From contig JANXTB010000111.1 in NCBI GenBank assembly GCA_025356415.1, positions 1-62,837 of the forward strand: a stretch of DNA of 62,837 nt, in the 5' to 3' direction. The stretch is from Hyphomicrobiales bacterium (lineage in GTDB: Bacteria; Pseudomonadota; Alphaproteobacteria; Rhizobiales; Beijerinckiaceae). How positions within the stretch are numbered: position 1 is the first letter of the stretch; every line of letters begins with the position of its first letter. Both the position numbers and the translations under genes were made by a program. This document shows positions 1 through 10,654 of this stretch, one piece after another. Under the pieces are notes generated by a model. That model searched no databases. It was not told the DNA's origin and saw only the letters and a program-made list of their open reading frames with translations.

Positions 1-333
1 ATCACGCGCTATGCCGACGTCCTGCTGCCGATGGACGAGACCCTGACGCGGGTTGCGATCGATATTTCGGGACGGCCCTTTCTGGTGTTCCGGACCAACT
101 TCAACCACAGCAAGATCGGCGAGTTCGACACCGATCTCGTGCGTGAGTTCTTTCAGGCTTTCGCGATGAATGCCGGGATCACCCTGCATGTCGAGACGCT
201 CTATGGCGTCAACGACCACCACATCGCGGAATCCTGCTTCAAGGGACTGGCGCGGGCTCTTGGCGCTGCGATCGCCATCGATCCCCGGCAAAAAGACAAG
301 ATTCCCTCCACCAAGGGCAGCCTTGCCGGCTGA
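1..333 (+). CDS. hisB: Imidazoleglycerol-phosphate dehydratase (5' truncated by window)
   Basis: Open frame from base 1. Motifs [21 protein letters not shown] and C-terminal PSTKG; heads the his cluster. Confidence 0.96.
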   Translation: MTRYADVLLPMDETLTRVAIDISGRPFLVFRTNFNHSKIGEFDTDLVREFFQAFAMNAGITLHVETLYGVNDHHIAESCFKGLARALGAAIAIDPRQKDKIPSTKGSLAG

Positions 334-343
334 AAAATCTGCA

Positions 344-811
344 ATGAACGTCTACACGGTTCACTTGAAAGGCTCGCAAGACGATCTCGCTGCACTTGAG
401 CGGGTCGTCTTCGTGCGCGAGGGATTCTCCTGGGCGGCCCTCATTTTCGGGCCGTTCTGGCTGCTGTGGAACAGGCTTTGGCTGGCGCTGATCGTGTGGC
501 TTGCGCTCGATGGCGCTTTGGTGATCTGGAACGTTCTTGCCTCGCCGGCACACTCCGTAACTACGGCACTGCACCTTCTGATGCATCTTGCGCTCGGGTT
601 CGAGGCCTCGCAGCTTCGTCGCGGCGCCTTGGCGCGTCGCCGTTTCCAGAATGTCGGACTCGTTCAGGGACATCGTTTGATGGACGCGGAACGTGCGTTC
701 TTCCTTGGCGCGATCAAGGCTCGAACGAACGCGCCAACCGAGGCGTCAGGCTCTTCGACCCGCACCCGCCAGCCGGACATGATCGGCCTTTTCCCTTCGG
801 CCGGAGCCTGA
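344..811 (+). CDS. DUF2628-like membrane protein
   Basis: ATG at 344 (MNVYTVH). FVREGFSWAALIFGPFWLLW motif and hydrophobic segments; usual position between hisB and hisH. Confidence 0.8.
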   Translation: MNVYTVHLKGSQDDLAALERVVFVREGFSWAALIFGPFWLLWNRLWLALIVWLALDGALVIWNVLASPAHSVTTALHLLMHLALGFEASQLRRGALARRRFQNVGLVQGHRLMDAERAFFLGAIKARTNAPTEASGSSTRTRQPDMIGLFPSAGA

Positions 812-814
812 TTC

Positions 815-1459
815 ATGACCGTCGTTATCGTCGATTACGGTTCGGGAAACCTGCATTCCGCTCAGAAAGCCTTCGAAAAGATGGCGGCTGACGCGGGCAT
901 GCGCGTAGAGGTCACGTCGGACGCCGAGAAAGTTCGGCGGGCCGAGCGGATCGTGCTCCCGGGCGTCGGCGCCTTCGCAGACTGCCGCCGTGGACTGGAT
1001 AGCGTTCCGGGCATGGTCGAGGCTCTCGAGGAGAACGTCATCCAGCGCGGCCGGCCGTTTCTCGGCATCTGCGTGGGCATGCAATTGCTTGCCTCGCGCG
1101 GCCTTGAACATGGCGTCGCGACTGGACTTGACTGGGTTCCGGGCGACGTCATCGCCATCGAGACCAAGTCCATCGATCTCAAAGTGCCGCATATGGGCTG
1201 GAATACGCTTTCTCCCCGTCAGGATCATGCGCTTCTCAAAGGCATTCCAACGGGAGACGATGGCCTGCACGCCTATTTCGTGCACTCCTATCACCTGAAG
1301 GCTGCGGACCCTGCGTTGGTCGTTGCGACGACCGACTATGGCGCCGAACTGACCGCCATGGTCGGACGGGACAATATTGCGGGCACGCAATTTCATCCGG
1401 AAAAGAGCCAGAAACTCGGGCTCGCTCTCATTGCAAATTTCTTGAGGTGGACGCCTTGA
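815..1459 (+). CDS. hisH: Imidazole glycerol phosphate synthase glutaminase subunit
   Basis: [22 protein letters not shown] and QFHPEKS motifs. Confidence 0.97.
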   Translation: MTVVIVDYGSGNLHSAQKAFEKMAADAGMRVEVTSDAEKVRRAERIVLPGVGAFADCRRGLDSVPGMVEALEENVIQRGRPFLGICVGMQLLASRGLEHGVATGLDWVPGDVIAIETKSIDLKVPHMGWNTLSPRQDHALLKGIPTGDDGLHAYFVHSYHLKAADPALVVATTDYGAELTAMVGRDNIAGTQFHPEKSQKLGLALIANFLRWTP

Positions 1460-2202
1460 TCCTTTTTCCCGCCATCGACCTCAAGCAAGGTGAATGCGTC
1501 CGGCTGATCCACGGCGATATGGACCAGGCGACCGTCTTCAACACCGATCCTGCAGCGCAGGCAAGGGAGTTCGAGACCCAGGGCTTCGAATATCTGCACG
1601 TCGTCGACCTTGACGGCGCCTTCGCTGGCGAGCCGCGCAACGCCCGTGCTGTGGAGGGAATTCTCAAAGCCGTCAAAATGCCCGTGCAACTCGGCGGCGG
1701 CATTCGCGATATGCGGACCATCGAAGGCTGGCTCGCCAAAGGCGTCAGCCGCGTGATCATCGGCACAGCCGCAGTGCGCGATCCTGATCTCGTCCGCGAG
1801 GCGGCCCGGCTGCATCCGGGCAAAATCGCCGTTGGCATCGACGCACGCGACGGTCTTGTCGCGGTCGATGGCTGGGCCAAAGTCTCGCAAGTCACGGCCC
1901 CGGAGCTCGGGCGCCGCTTCGAGGACGCCGGCGTCGCGGCGATCATCTACACGGATATCTCGCGCGACGGCGTGCTGAAAGGCCTCAACATCGAGGCGAC
2001 TCTGGCGCTGGCCGACGCTATCGCTATTCCGGTGATCGCCTCCGGCGGTCTGGCCTCGCTTGACGATGTCAAGCGCTTGCTGCGGCCCGATTGCGCCAAG
2101 CTTGCGGGCGCCATTTCCGGCCGCGCGCTTTATGATGGACGACTTGATCCGACGGCCGCACTGGCTCTGATCCGCGCTGCCCGGGAGGCGTCGCTTGCTT
2201 AA
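1456..2202 (+). CDS. hisA: ProFAR isomerase
   Basis: [23 protein letters not shown]. Probable TTG start at 1456 overlaps the hisH stop (TTGA), with GAGGTGG upstream. Confidence 0.96.
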   Translation: MILFPAIDLKQGECVRLIHGDMDQATVFNTDPAAQAREFETQGFEYLHVVDLDGAFAGEPRNARAVEGILKAVKMPVQLGGGIRDMRTIEGWLAKGVSRVIIGTAAVRDPDLVREAARLHPGKIAVGIDARDGLVAVDGWAKVSQVTAPELGRRFEDAGVAAIIYTDISRDGVLKGLNIEATLALADAIAIPVIASGGLASLDDVKRLLRPDCAKLAGAISGRALYDGRLDPTAALALIRAAREASLA

Positions 2203-2956
2203 GTGTCGCGTCATTCCCTGTCTCGACGTCAAGGACGGTCGCGTCGTCAAGGGCGTGAACTTCGTCGACCTGAAAGACGCCGGCGATCCGGTTGAAAGCG
2301 CCATCGCCTATGACGCCGCCGGCGCCGATGAATTATGCTTTCTCGACATCACCGCGAGCCACGAAAACCGCGGCACGATTCTTGACGTCGTGCGCCGCAC
2401 GGCGGAAGCCTGCTTCATGCCGCTCACGGTTGGCGGCGGCGTTCGCACAACGGACGATATTCGGAACCTGCTGCTCGCGGGCGCCGACAAGGTCTCGATC
2501 ATGACCGCTGCGGTTCACAATCGTGACTTCGTGCGCGAAGCGGCTGAAAAGTTCGGCAGCCAATGCGTCGTTGTCGCCATCGACGCAAAAAAAGTGTCGC
2601 CCGGCCGCTGGGAAATCTTCACCCATGGCGGACGCAAGCCGACCGGCATCGATGCAATAGAATATGCGAAAGAAGTCGCTGCGCTGGGCGCCGGCGAAAT
2701 CCTGCTGACGTCGATGGACCGTGACGGCACCCGCGTCGGCTTCGACATCGAACTGACGCGCTCAATAGCAGACGCCGTCTCCGTGCCTCTGATAGCTTCA
2801 GGTGGCGTCGGCAGTCTGGACCATCTGGTCGAGGGCGTTCGCGACGGCCACGCTACCGCGGTGCTCGCCGCGTCGATTTTCCATTTTGGGGAATTCACGA
2901 TCCGCGCCGCAAAAGAACACATGCAGCGCGCGGGCCTCCACGTCCGGATGGACTGA
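2195..2956 (+). CDS. hisF: Imidazole glycerol phosphate synthase cyclase subunit
   Basis: [40 protein letters not shown] start overlaps the hisA end. Confidence 0.97.
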   Translation: MLKCRVIPCLDVKDGRVVKGVNFVDLKDAGDPVESAIAYDAAGADELCFLDITASHENRGTILDVVRRTAEACFMPLTVGGGVRTTDDIRNLLLAGADKVSIMTAAVHNRDFVREAAEKFGSQCVVVAIDAKKVSPGRWEIFTHGGRKPTGIDAIEYAKEVAALGAGEILLTSMDRDGTRVGFDIELTRSIADAVSVPLIASGGVGSLDHLVEGVRDGHATAVLAASIFHFGEFTIRAAKEHMQRAGLHVRMD

Positions 2957-2973
2957 CCGGGAAAGAGACAATC

Positions 2974-3306
2974 ATGGGCCAAGCCAGCGACAGGCCGTTT
3001 TCAATTGAGGATCTCGACGGCGTCATTCAGAGCCGTCGAGAGGCCACGTCCGAAAAATCCTACACCAAGACCCTTCTCGACAAAGGCGCGGTCCATTGCG
3101 GGAAGAAGTTCGGCGAGGAAGCCGTCGAATTCGTCATCGCGACTGCACAAGGCGATCCTGCCGCCATGACGGCAGAGGCGGCGGACGTTCTCTATCACCT
3201 TTTGGTAGCTCTTCAGGCGGCCAACGTTCCGCTAAAAGATATCATGACCGAACTTCAACGCCGCACGGGCATGTCGGGGCACGAGGAAAAAGCCGCACGC
3301 GGCTGA
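2974..3306 (+). CDS. hisE: Phosphoribosyl-ATP pyrophosphatase
   Basis: SYT...KKFGEEAVE...EAADVLYHL motif. Confidence 0.95.
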   Translation: MGQASDRPFSIEDLDGVIQSRREATSEKSYTKTLLDKGAVHCGKKFGEEAVEFVIATAQGDPAAMTAEAADVLYHLLVALQAANVPLKDIMTELQRRTGMSGHEEKAARG

Positions 3307-3334
3307 TCCCGACCTCGATCGGCGGGGACAACAA

Positions 3335-4297
3335 ATGACCGAGAAGCAGAGCATGCAGTCGGCCTCCTCCGACGCCTTGTCGCCTTACCGGCATTTCACC
3401 CGGTCGGAGTGGGCGGCTCTGCGCGCCGATACCCCGCTGACGCTCACCATCGATGATCTCGAAAAACTGCAATCGATCAACGATCCGATTTCGGTTGAAG
3501 AAGTGATCGCGATCTATCTTCCGCTATCGCGGCTTCTGGCCCTGTATGTTGCTGCGACGCAGGGACTTTTCAAAGCTACGCAACGGTTCCTCGGAGCCGA
3601 AGACGGAAAGATGCCCTACATCATCGGGATCGCCGGTTCGGTCGCGGTCGGCAAATCGACAACAGCGCGCGTCTTGAAAGCGCTCCTGTCGCGTTGGCCC
3701 AACACGCCGAAGGTCGAGCTGATCACGACAGATGGCTTCCTGCATCCCAACGCGTATCTGGAACGCGAAGGCCTGATGGACAAAAAAGGTTTTCCGGAAA
3801 GCTATGACGGCTCAGCTTTGCTGCGCTTCTTGTCCGATATCAAGGCTGGCAAGCGGAATGTGCCGGCGCCGGTTTACTCGCATCTCGTCTACGACGTGGT
3901 CCCAGGTGAATCGATCGTCATCGACCGGCCAGACATCCTGATCGTGGAAGGGCTGAACGTTCTCCTCCCGAATCGTCCAGGCAAGGACATTCCGTTCGTC
4001 TCGGACTTCTTCGACTTCTCGGTCTACCTTGATGCGACGACGCAGGATCTGGAGCGCTGGTACGTGTCGCGCTTCATGCGACTGCGCGAAACCGCATTCC
4101 GCGATCCGCGATCTTACTTTCAAAAATATGCGACGCTGGATGATCACGCGGCCGAAAAGGTCGCCCGCGACATCTGGCGCCGAATCAATCTTAAAAATCT
4201 CGACGAGAATATTTTGCCGACGCGCGCACGCGCGAGTCTGGTGCTGACGAAGGGCGAGAACCACATGATCGAGCAGGTCGCCCTTCGCAAGCTTTAA
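3335..4297 (+). CDS. coaA: Type I pantothenate kinase
   Basis: [14 protein letters not shown]-loop, [26 protein letters not shown]. Confidence 0.96.
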   Translation: MTEKQSMQSASSDALSPYRHFTRSEWAALRADTPLTLTIDDLEKLQSINDPISVEEVIAIYLPLSRLLALYVAATQGLFKATQRFLGAEDGKMPYIIGIAGSVAVGKSTTARVLKALLSRWPNTPKVELITTDGFLHPNAYLEREGLMDKKGFPESYDGSALLRFLSDIKAGKRNVPAPVYSHLVYDVVPGESIVIDRPDILIVEGLNVLLPNRPGKDIPFVSDFFDFSVYLDATTQDLERWYVSRFMRLRETAFRDPRSYFQKYATLDDHAAEKVARDIWRRINLKNLDENILPTRARASLVLTKGENHMIEQVALRKL

Positions 4298-4300
4298 GCG

Positions 4301-5302
4301 TCAGAGCGTAATGCCGCTCTCCGCCGCCAGCGACGCAAGGCTCGTGTTGGGGCGCGCGCCATAGTGCTGGATGATTTCAGCGGCGGCGATGCCGCCAAGA
4401 CGGCCCGCGTCGCGAAGATCGCAACCGCGCACCAGCCCCGCCAAAAAGCCTGCTGCAAACAGATCGCCTGCGCCGGTCGTGTCGACAAGCTTGTCGATGG
4501 GAGAGGCAGGCACAGCCAGCGTCTCGTCATGGGTGACGATAACGCAGCCATGCTCGGAGCGCGTCACGACGCCAAGCAGTTCTTCATCGCGCAGGGCCGC
4601 AAGAGCCGTGTTGAAATCCGCTGTCTGGTACAGCGACTTCAATTCGTGCTCGTTGGCGAAAACGATGTCGATGGTGCGCGTGCGCATGAGATGCAGGAAC
4701 TCGTCGCGATACCGATCGACGCAGAACGAATCCGACAAGGTCAACGCCACCTGACGACCGGCGTCATGAGCCATGTCGGCCGCTTTCAGGAACGCCTGCT
4801 TGGCAGCCGGCGGATCCCACAGATAGCCTTCGAGATATAGAATCGACGACGCGCGGACGAGCGTTTCATCGACATCGTCCGGTCCGAGATTTTGGCAAGC
4901 GCCAAGATATGTGTTCATGGTCCGCTCGCCGTCGGGCGTGACGAGAACCAGGCATCGCGCCGTTGAGGCGCCATCTACTGCGTGCGGCGTGGAGAAGTGA
5001 ACGCCGCTATGGCGAATGTCATGGGTAAAAGAATGACCCGCCTCGTCGTCCTTGACCTTGCCGATGAAGGCGGAGCGGATGCCGAGGGAGGCGAGGCCGA
5101 CGATCGTGTTGGCGGCGGACCCGCCGGAGATGATCGTGGCCGAGCCCATGTCCTCGTAGAGTTTGTGGGCCGCCTGTTCATCGACAAGCGTCATGCCGCC
5201 CTTGGCGAGCCCATGACGCTCAAGGAAATCCTCCTCCGCGCGCGCGATCACGTCCACAATCGCATTGCCGAGGCCAAGCACCTCGAATGTCTCGCCAGCC
5301 AT
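4301..5302 (-). CDS. PfkB-family kinase (adenosine kinase-like)
   Basis: GNAIVD, GGSAANT, DGERTM and DTTGAGDLFAAG PfkB signatures. Confidence 0.9.
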   Translation of the reverse strand: MAGETFEVLGLGNAIVDVIARAEEDFLERHGLAKGGMTLVDEQAAHKLYEDMGSATIISGGSAANTIVGLASLGIRSAFIGKVKDDEAGHSFTHDIRHSGVHFSTPHAVDGASTARCLVLVTPDGERTMNTYLGACQNLGPDDVDETLVRASSILYLEGYLWDPPAAKQAFLKAADMAHDAGRQVALTLSDSFCVDRYRDEFLHLMRTRTIDIVFANEHELKSLYQTADFNTALAALRDEELLGVVTRSEHGCVIVTHDETLAVPASPIDKLVDTTGAGDLFAAGFLAGLVRGCDLRDAGRLGGIAAAEIIQHYGARPNTSLASLAAESGITL

Positions 5303-5373
5303 TTTCTACTCCGAATTAAAAGCTGATGTTCGTTTGGGGCGCCACGGAACAAGGGTCAAGCCTTGCAGCCGGT

Positions 5374-5757
5374 TCAGGATTTGGGTCGGCGGTCGGCGAG
5401 CCGCAGGCGTTCGTTCAGAAGATCCATGAGCGCGCGTATATCGCCATCGCTCAGCGATCCGATCCGGCGCGCGAACGTGTTGGCGAATTCGGTCGCCAGT
5501 GGACCAAGCCCGGATGTATCCACCACAACGCGCGGGTGGGAGATCTGGGCCAGACGCTCGATTTCCTCCGCCTCGTCCCAGATGACGTTGAAAAACGTGA
5601 TGATCCTCTGGACGAGATACCAGGTCGGCGCGCCGCGCCTCCCATGTTCCAGCGCAGACAGGTAAGCCGCCGAGACGCCGAGCCCTTCCGCCATGGCTTT
5701 CAGCGTGATGCCCCGATCGGCGCGCATCGCGCGCAGTTTTTGTCCGAATGGGGTCAC
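5374..5757 (-). CDS. XRE-family HTH protein
   Basis: MTPFG..LRAMR..ITLKAMAEGLGVSAAYLSALEHG HTH. GTG start overlaps the Smr stop. Confidence 0.87.
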   Translation of the reverse strand: MTPFGQKLRAMRADRGITLKAMAEGLGVSAAYLSALEHGRRGAPTWYLVQRIITFFNVIWDEAEEIERLAQISHPRVVVDTSGLGPLATEFANTFARRIGSLSDGDIRALMDLLNERLRLADRRPKS

Positions 5758-6368
5758 GGATGGGGACCTCCGGGCAGGCGTTTGCCGCGCAGGCGCACAT
5801 AAAGCGCGCCGGAACCACCATGACCCTGCCCAGCCTCCTCGAAGCCAAGGACAATGTGCCGGAGTTCCGGGGCGGAAAGCCAGTGCGGCACCGTACGGCG
5901 CAGAACGCCTCCCTCATACCCATGGCCAGCCTCAGCGCGCGCCTTGTTGGCGCCCTTCCCGGTGACGACAAGCACCACTTTCGCCTCGCACTGCCGGGCG
6001 CGTAAAAGGAAACTTCGTAACGCCGCGTGCGCCTCGTCCTGGCGCATGCCGTGCAAATCAATCTTCATATCGACGGAAATCTGGCCTCGCGACAATCGCT
6101 GCCGAAGGCGTCTTTCGATGGGAGCAAGGGGCAAGGCTTGCGGCTTGTAAGGCCCTTTGCTTGGTTTCGCCGATGGGTGCCCGAGCACCGGCAGAGCGTC
6201 TGCTTCTACCGGCAAGGTGGGTTTGTCGGCCTCAACTGCAGCGGGCGCCTCCGGCGCTTGCACGCCGGGGCGGGGCGTCACGGTTCGGGTGACTTGAAGC
6301 CACAGCGAGAGCTCCTCTTTCGAGAGGCGCCGCCGGCCGCCTGAGCCGCCTTTGTGTCCCGCGCTCAT
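5754..6368 (-). CDS. Smr/MutS2 C-terminal-domain protein
   Basis: IDLHGM, LVVTGKG, GVLRRTVPHWL, HGGSGALYV. Confidence 0.92.
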   Translation of the reverse strand: MSAGHKGGSGGRRRLSKEELSLWLQVTRTVTPRPGVQAPEAPAAVEADKPTLPVEADALPVLGHPSAKPSKGPYKPQALPLAPIERRLRQRLSRGQISVDMKIDLHGMRQDEAHAALRSFLLRARQCEAKVVLVVTGKGANKARAEAGHGYEGGVLRRTVPHWLSAPELRHIVLGFEEAGQGHGGSGALYVRLRGKRLPGGPHP

Positions 6369-7498
6369 TTTGCGCCGTCCAAAGGAAGCAGAACAAAAAG
6401 CTTTCCATAATGACGGACGGAGCCGGCCAGGCGGCCCGCCTCCGCGCCATCTCCGAAATAAAGATCAGCGCGCGCCGGACCCACGATGGCTGTTCCTGTG
6501 TCCTGACCGACCATGAGGCGATGCATCGGCGTGGCATCGGATTGCCTCCACGGAACATCCGCCTCGACGAAGAAAGGCAAACCATAGGGCCACACCGAGC
6601 GATCGATTGCGATGGACCGGCGCGGGGTAAGTGGCAGTCCGGCGGCGCCGATGGGGCCGACGGCGTTTTCGTCCGCGGGGGTCGCTGAAAAGAACACGAA
6701 GGAGCGATTCGCGTGGAGCAGCGCGCGACCGGCCTGCCCCAGATCCTGCCCGTTTGCACGCACCCAACCCTTGAGCCTATCGAGCGACATGTCTTCGAGC
6801 TTGATGTCACCCCGCTCGATCAGGATCTTCCCGATGGACGTGTAGGGCTGGCCGTTCCTGCCAGCATAAGTGAGATCGAAGGAGCGCTTGTCATCGAGAA
6901 CAAGACGGGCCGATCCCTGGACGTGAATCATGAACGCTTCGATTGCGTCGGCGACATAGGCCACCGGTCGAGCCCGCGCGCCCAGCACGCCGGCGTCGAT
7001 TTGTGCGCGCGTGGGATAGGGTTCCAGAACTCCGTCGGCACGCCGGCGCGCTGACGAAAATCCGTCGAGCGAAACGATCGTTTCTCCAGGCGGCAAAGTG
7101 ACTAGATCGTCGGGGCGTGCAAGCAGGGGTTCACGAAACTGCTCGGTGCGCACGAGCGAGGCCCGCACTTCAGGCCGGTAATAAGCGGTGAAAAAAGCCC
7201 GCTTCTCGATCGCGTTTGGTACGATCAGATACGGCGCGAAGCCCTGTTGCAGATAGGCCCGGATCTCGAGCCTGGTCGCGTTGGGACCAAGCGCCAACGC
7301 CCGCGCGGAGATCGCTCGCTGCGCGGCGCCTGGCTGCGTCGCTCTCCGCAGTTCCGGGGCGTCATCGACAATGGCTCTGCAAGACGCCAGATAACATTTC
7401 CAGAAGTCGGTCAGAGTGTCATCGAATACGCCGGGCAAATCCTCGAACCTGGCTCTCTGCAGGTCAAAGTCGCCCGGCGTGAAACTTCCCGGCGTCAT
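6365..7498 (-). CDS. mltA: Lytic murein transglycosylase A family
   Basis: FTAYYRP, HVQGS, YTSIG, NRSFVFF and 3D-domain QDTG..I.GPARADLYFG. Confidence 0.9.
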   Translation of the reverse strand: MTPGSFTPGDFDLQRARFEDLPGVFDDTLTDFWKCYLASCRAIVDDAPELRRATQPGAAQRAISARALALGPNATRLEIRAYLQQGFAPYLIVPNAIEKRAFFTAYYRPEVRASLVRTEQFREPLLARPDDLVTLPPGETIVSLDGFSSARRRADGVLEPYPTRAQIDAGVLGARARPVAYVADAIEAFMIHVQGSARLVLDDKRSFDLTYAGRNGQPYTSIGKILIERGDIKLEDMSLDRLKGWVRANGQDLGQAGRALLHANRSFVFFSATPADENAVGPIGAAGLPLTPRRSIAIDRSVWPYGLPFFVEADVPWRQSDATPMHRLMVGQDTGTAIVGPARADLYFGDGAEAGRLAGSVRHYGKLFVLLPLDGAK

Positions 7499-7529
7499 CT
7501 GCCGCGCGTCGTATTTTCAAAGAGAGAAC

Positions 7530-8243
7530 TCACGCGCCCGCCTCGGTTGCGACGAGGCGCCAATTGGGATCGCGAGAGGTCGTGTCGCGCGCGAACGTCC
7601 AGACGTCCACCATATCGACAACCTTGTCGGCATTGCCCTCGATGATGACGCCAGACCGATCCCGCGTGGCCGTGATGAGCTTCGACTGGAAACGCAGCGA
7701 GACTTGCGCGGTAGGCGGCCGCAGCTGCGCATCTTCAATCGTCGTGCGATCGATCGACACGAACGTTGTATCAACTGTTTCGCCACGCTGCTCTCGCTCG
7801 GCGATGGCCGCAGCGAAACTGTCGAATACGTCCTTCGAGAGCAGGTCCTGGAGCGCCGGGCGATTCCCCGCCGCATACGACATGATGATCATCTCGTATG
7901 CCGTCTTGGCGCCCTCGATAAAGCTCTTGGGTTCGAACGTGGGATCCGCGGAAGCAATGGCTTCGAGCCCCGTCATGACCTTTTCTTCCACACCGGGAAT
8001 CCGCAGCCAGGCTGCCCGGCGGTCCGGAGTCGCTGGTTCTCGTTCCGGCTCGGCGCCGCCGCCCGGGAAGCGAAGAACCGTCCGCGCGCCATCATCTGGT
8101 TGCGGCTCCGGCGCATTGCGGCGGAACGTGTCCAGAGGGGACTGTTCATTCCCCGTGCGTGTGCCCAGCACGGACCTGAGCTTCCAGACCACGAAAATGG
8201 CCAACAAGGCAAAAACGATCGTTGTCACATCCATCAGGTTCAT
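7530..8243 (-). CDS. Tim44/TimA-family adaptor protein
   Basis: N-terminal TM then LRSVLGTRTG, F..GAKTAYEMII, DVWTFARD..SRDPNWRLVAT. Start at 8243 or 8234. Confidence 0.88.
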   Translation of the reverse strand: MNLMDVTTIVFALLAIFVVWKLRSVLGTRTGNEQSPLDTFRRNAPEPQPDDGARTVLRFPGGGAEPEREPATPDRRAAWLRIPGVEEKVMTGLEAIASADPTFEPKSFIEGAKTAYEMIIMSYAAGNRPALQDLLSKDVFDSFAAAIAEREQRGETVDTTFVSIDRTTIEDAQLRPPTAQVSLRFQSKLITATRDRSGVIIEGNADKVVDMVDVWTFARDTTSRDPNWRLVATEAGA

Positions 8244-8375
8244 CCGTGTCGCATCTTGCGTGCCAAATCTAGAAGGTCTCGACGGGTTTCGCCCTCCGGA
8301 CGCATCCTTATATAACAGATAGGAGCCGCATTGCATTTCGCCACGCGTGGTTCTGGCCAAGCTGACGAGGTCGTG

Positions 8376-8885
8376 ATGAACGTGAGAGGAAAGATAAAGG
8401 CAGCCGTGCTCGCGTGGCTAGCGGCGGAAGTCGTCGTCTTTGCGGCCGCGGTCCACTTTTGGGGCTGGCCAACGACACTGGCGCTCGGGTTTTTAACCTC
8501 GACGCTCGGGATTTACATCCTCCGCCAAGCTGGTCGTGAAAGCCTGGGGGTTTTGAAAAAAGCCATGGATGCGCCGTCCGGCCTTGATTTCGAGGTTCCG
8601 TCCGGCGGCGTCCTTCGAATTCTGGCAGGCTTCCTGCTGGTCGTACCCGGCTTCGTTTCCGACCTCGCGGGTGTTCTGTTGCTCGCGCCTTTTATCCGTC
8701 AGCGACTGGCCACACGTATCATTGGGCCCCGGCCACGACGGTCGCAAAACGGGGTCGTCGACCTAGATCCGAATGAATGGCGGGCTGGTCATACCCAGGA
8801 CCGCGGGCCTTCTTGTGAACCGCTCCCCGGCATGCTACCGGGCGAGCCGAAAGCCGAACACAGCAGGAGACAGTTCGATGAGTGA
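8376..8885 (+). CDS. fxsA: FxsA-family membrane protein
   Basis: [20 protein letters not shown] motif; position upstream of secB. Confidence 0.85.
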   Translation: MNVRGKIKAAVLAWLAAEVVVFAAAVHFWGWPTTLALGFLTSTLGIYILRQAGRESLGVLKKAMDAPSGLDFEVPSGGVLRILAGFLLVVPGFVSDLAGVLLLAPFIRQRLATRIIGPRPRRSQNGVVDLDPNEWRAGHTQDRGPSCEPLPGMLPGEPKAEHSRRQFDE

Positions 8886-9342
8886 TACGAATGGCGCCGG
8901 CGCCGAGGGCATGCCTCAGCTGAATGTCCTGGCCCAGTACACGAAGGATCTCTCCTTCGAAAACCCGAACGCGCCGCGTTCGCTCGGACCTCAGGAAAAC
9001 GCCCCTAACATCACCATTCAGGTGAACGTCAACCTTCGCCAGATGGCGGAAACCGACTACGAGGTCGAACTGCTGCTCGAAGGTTCGGCCGTCGATGGCG
9101 CCACGACCCTTTTCAAGTTTGACGTGACCTATGCGGGCGTGTTCCGCCTGCAGAACATCCCCGAGGCGGAGATGCATCCGATCCTGATGATCGAATGTCC
9201 GCGGTTAATGTTCCCCTTTGCCCGCCAGATCGTGGCGGACGCCGTGCGCGCGGGTGGTTTCCCGCCGCTGCTGATCGATCCGATCGACTTCCACAACCTC
9301 TATCGCCAGCGCGCGGCGGAGGCCCAGCAGACCCTCTCGTAA
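8878..9342 (+). CDS. secB: Protein-export chaperone SecB
   Basis: [39 protein letters not shown] before ATG 8878. Confidence 0.96.
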   Translation: MSDTNGAGAEGMPQLNVLAQYTKDLSFENPNAPRSLGPQENAPNITIQVNVNLRQMAETDYEVELLLEGSAVDGATTLFKFDVTYAGVFRLQNIPEAEMHPILMIECPRLMFPFARQIVADAVRAGGFPPLLIDPIDFHNLYRQRAAEAQQTLS

Positions 9343-9345
9343 AGT

Positions 9346-10035
9346 CTATTGCTGGAGGTACTTCAGCCAGAGCGCTTTATCGCCCATCTTGCCAATAAAG
9401 GCTCGATGGGCGTCTTCTTCCGCAATGTCGATCATGGGCCCAATCGGCTCGGAACGCGGCTCGATAGAAATAATCGTGATCTGCTCGACGACCTTGATTT
9501 CGCTCGCCAGGACCAGCGCCGACTGGCGGCCGCCGACAAGCTCCACATAGACTTCCGCCAGCAATTCCGAATCGAGCAACGCGCCGTGTTTCGTTCGACG
9601 CGAATTATCGATTCGGTACCGTGCGCACAGCGCGTCGAGCGAATTTGGCGAGCCAGGATGCTTTCGCCGCGCAAGTCCGAGCGTATCGATGACACGGTCC
9701 ATCAACAGCGGCGGACGCTTGCAGCGCAGCAGCTCTGCATTGAGGAAGCGCATGTCGAATTCAGCATTGTGAATGACGAGCGGCGCCTCTCCGATGAAGC
9801 TCAGGAAATCTTCGACGATCTCGTCGAAGAGCGGCTTGCCTTTGAGGAATTCCGAAGAAAGCCCGTGTACCCGGAAGGCTTCTTCGGGCATGTCCCGTTG
9901 TGGATCGATGAACACATGAAATGTCGCGCCGGTCGGTACCGTATTGACGATTTCCACGCAGGCGATTTCGACGATCCTGTCGCCGGTCGCCGGGTCGAGG
10001 CCTGTCGTTTCGGTATCGAGAACGATTTCCCGCAT
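9346..10035 (-). CDS. dnaQ: DNA polymerase III epsilon subunit
   Basis: MREIVLDTETTG, IHNAEFD and HGALLD DEDDh motifs. Confidence 0.96.
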   Translation of the reverse strand: MREIVLDTETTGLDPATGDRIVEIACVEIVNTVPTGATFHVFIDPQRDMPEEAFRVHGLSSEFLKGKPLFDEIVEDFLSFIGEAPLVIHNAEFDMRFLNAELLRCKRPPLLMDRVIDTLGLARRKHPGSPNSLDALCARYRIDNSRRTKHGALLDSELLAEVYVELVGGRQSALVLASEIKVVEQITIISIEPRSEPIGPMIDIAEEDAHRAFIGKMGDKALWLKYLQQ

Positions 10036-10040
10036 GTGTT

Positions 10041-10646
10041 CTAAAGTCCTGAACCTGAATGAGCGCATCCGGCGAGAGCGCGAAGAAGTGCGATCACCTG
10101 GCGGCGCGCAGAGTCGACGCCGCGGCCCGTCTCGATCACCACATGAGCACGCCGCCGCTTTTCCGGATCGGGCATCTGTTTGCCCATGATGACTGAAAAT
10201 TTGTCTTCGGTCATGCCGGGTCGCGCCATCACCCGAGCCTTTTGCACAGGCGCGGGCGCGGAGACCACCAATGAAAGATGCATTTCCCTGTCAGACCCGG
10301 TTTCGAACAGCAACGGCACATCGCACACGACAAGTTCGGCGCCAGCTTTGGCCTGCAGCTCGACGAACTTGCGTCGATGTTCGAGCACAAGCGGATGAAT
10401 GATGTCCTCAAGACGCTTCATCGCTTCGGGATCGACCAGAACGATTTTCGCAAGCTTCGTTCGATCAACGCCCTCGCTGTCCACCGCGTCGGGAAAGAGA
10501 TGCGCCACTGGCGCGCAGGCCGTCGTTCTATAGATCTCGTGGACAGCAGCGTCGGCGTCATGAACCGGAACGCCGAGATCGCGAAAGATCTGCGCGGTTG
10601 TCGACTTGCCCATGCCGATGGATCCGGTCAGCCCGATGACAAGCAT
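10041..10646 (-). CDS. coaE: Dephospho-CoA kinase
   Basis: MLVIGLTGSIGMGKST, IIHPLV, DVPLLFE. Confidence 0.95.
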   Translation of the reverse strand: MLVIGLTGSIGMGKSTTAQIFRDLGVPVHDADAAVHEIYRTTACAPVAHLFPDAVDSEGVDRTKLAKIVLVDPEAMKRLEDIIHPLVLEHRRKFVELQAKAGAELVVCDVPLLFETGSDREMHLSLVVSAPAPVQKARVMARPGMTEDKFSVIMGKQMPDPEKRRRAHVVIETGRGVDSARRQVIALLRALAGCAHSGSGL

Positions 10647-10654
10647 GGCGCCCC

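Noticed and set aside
8270-8350. RpoH-type promoters between tim44 and fxsA
   Set aside because: -10-like CCTTATAT and CCTATCT are present, but the -35 elements are too weak to call.
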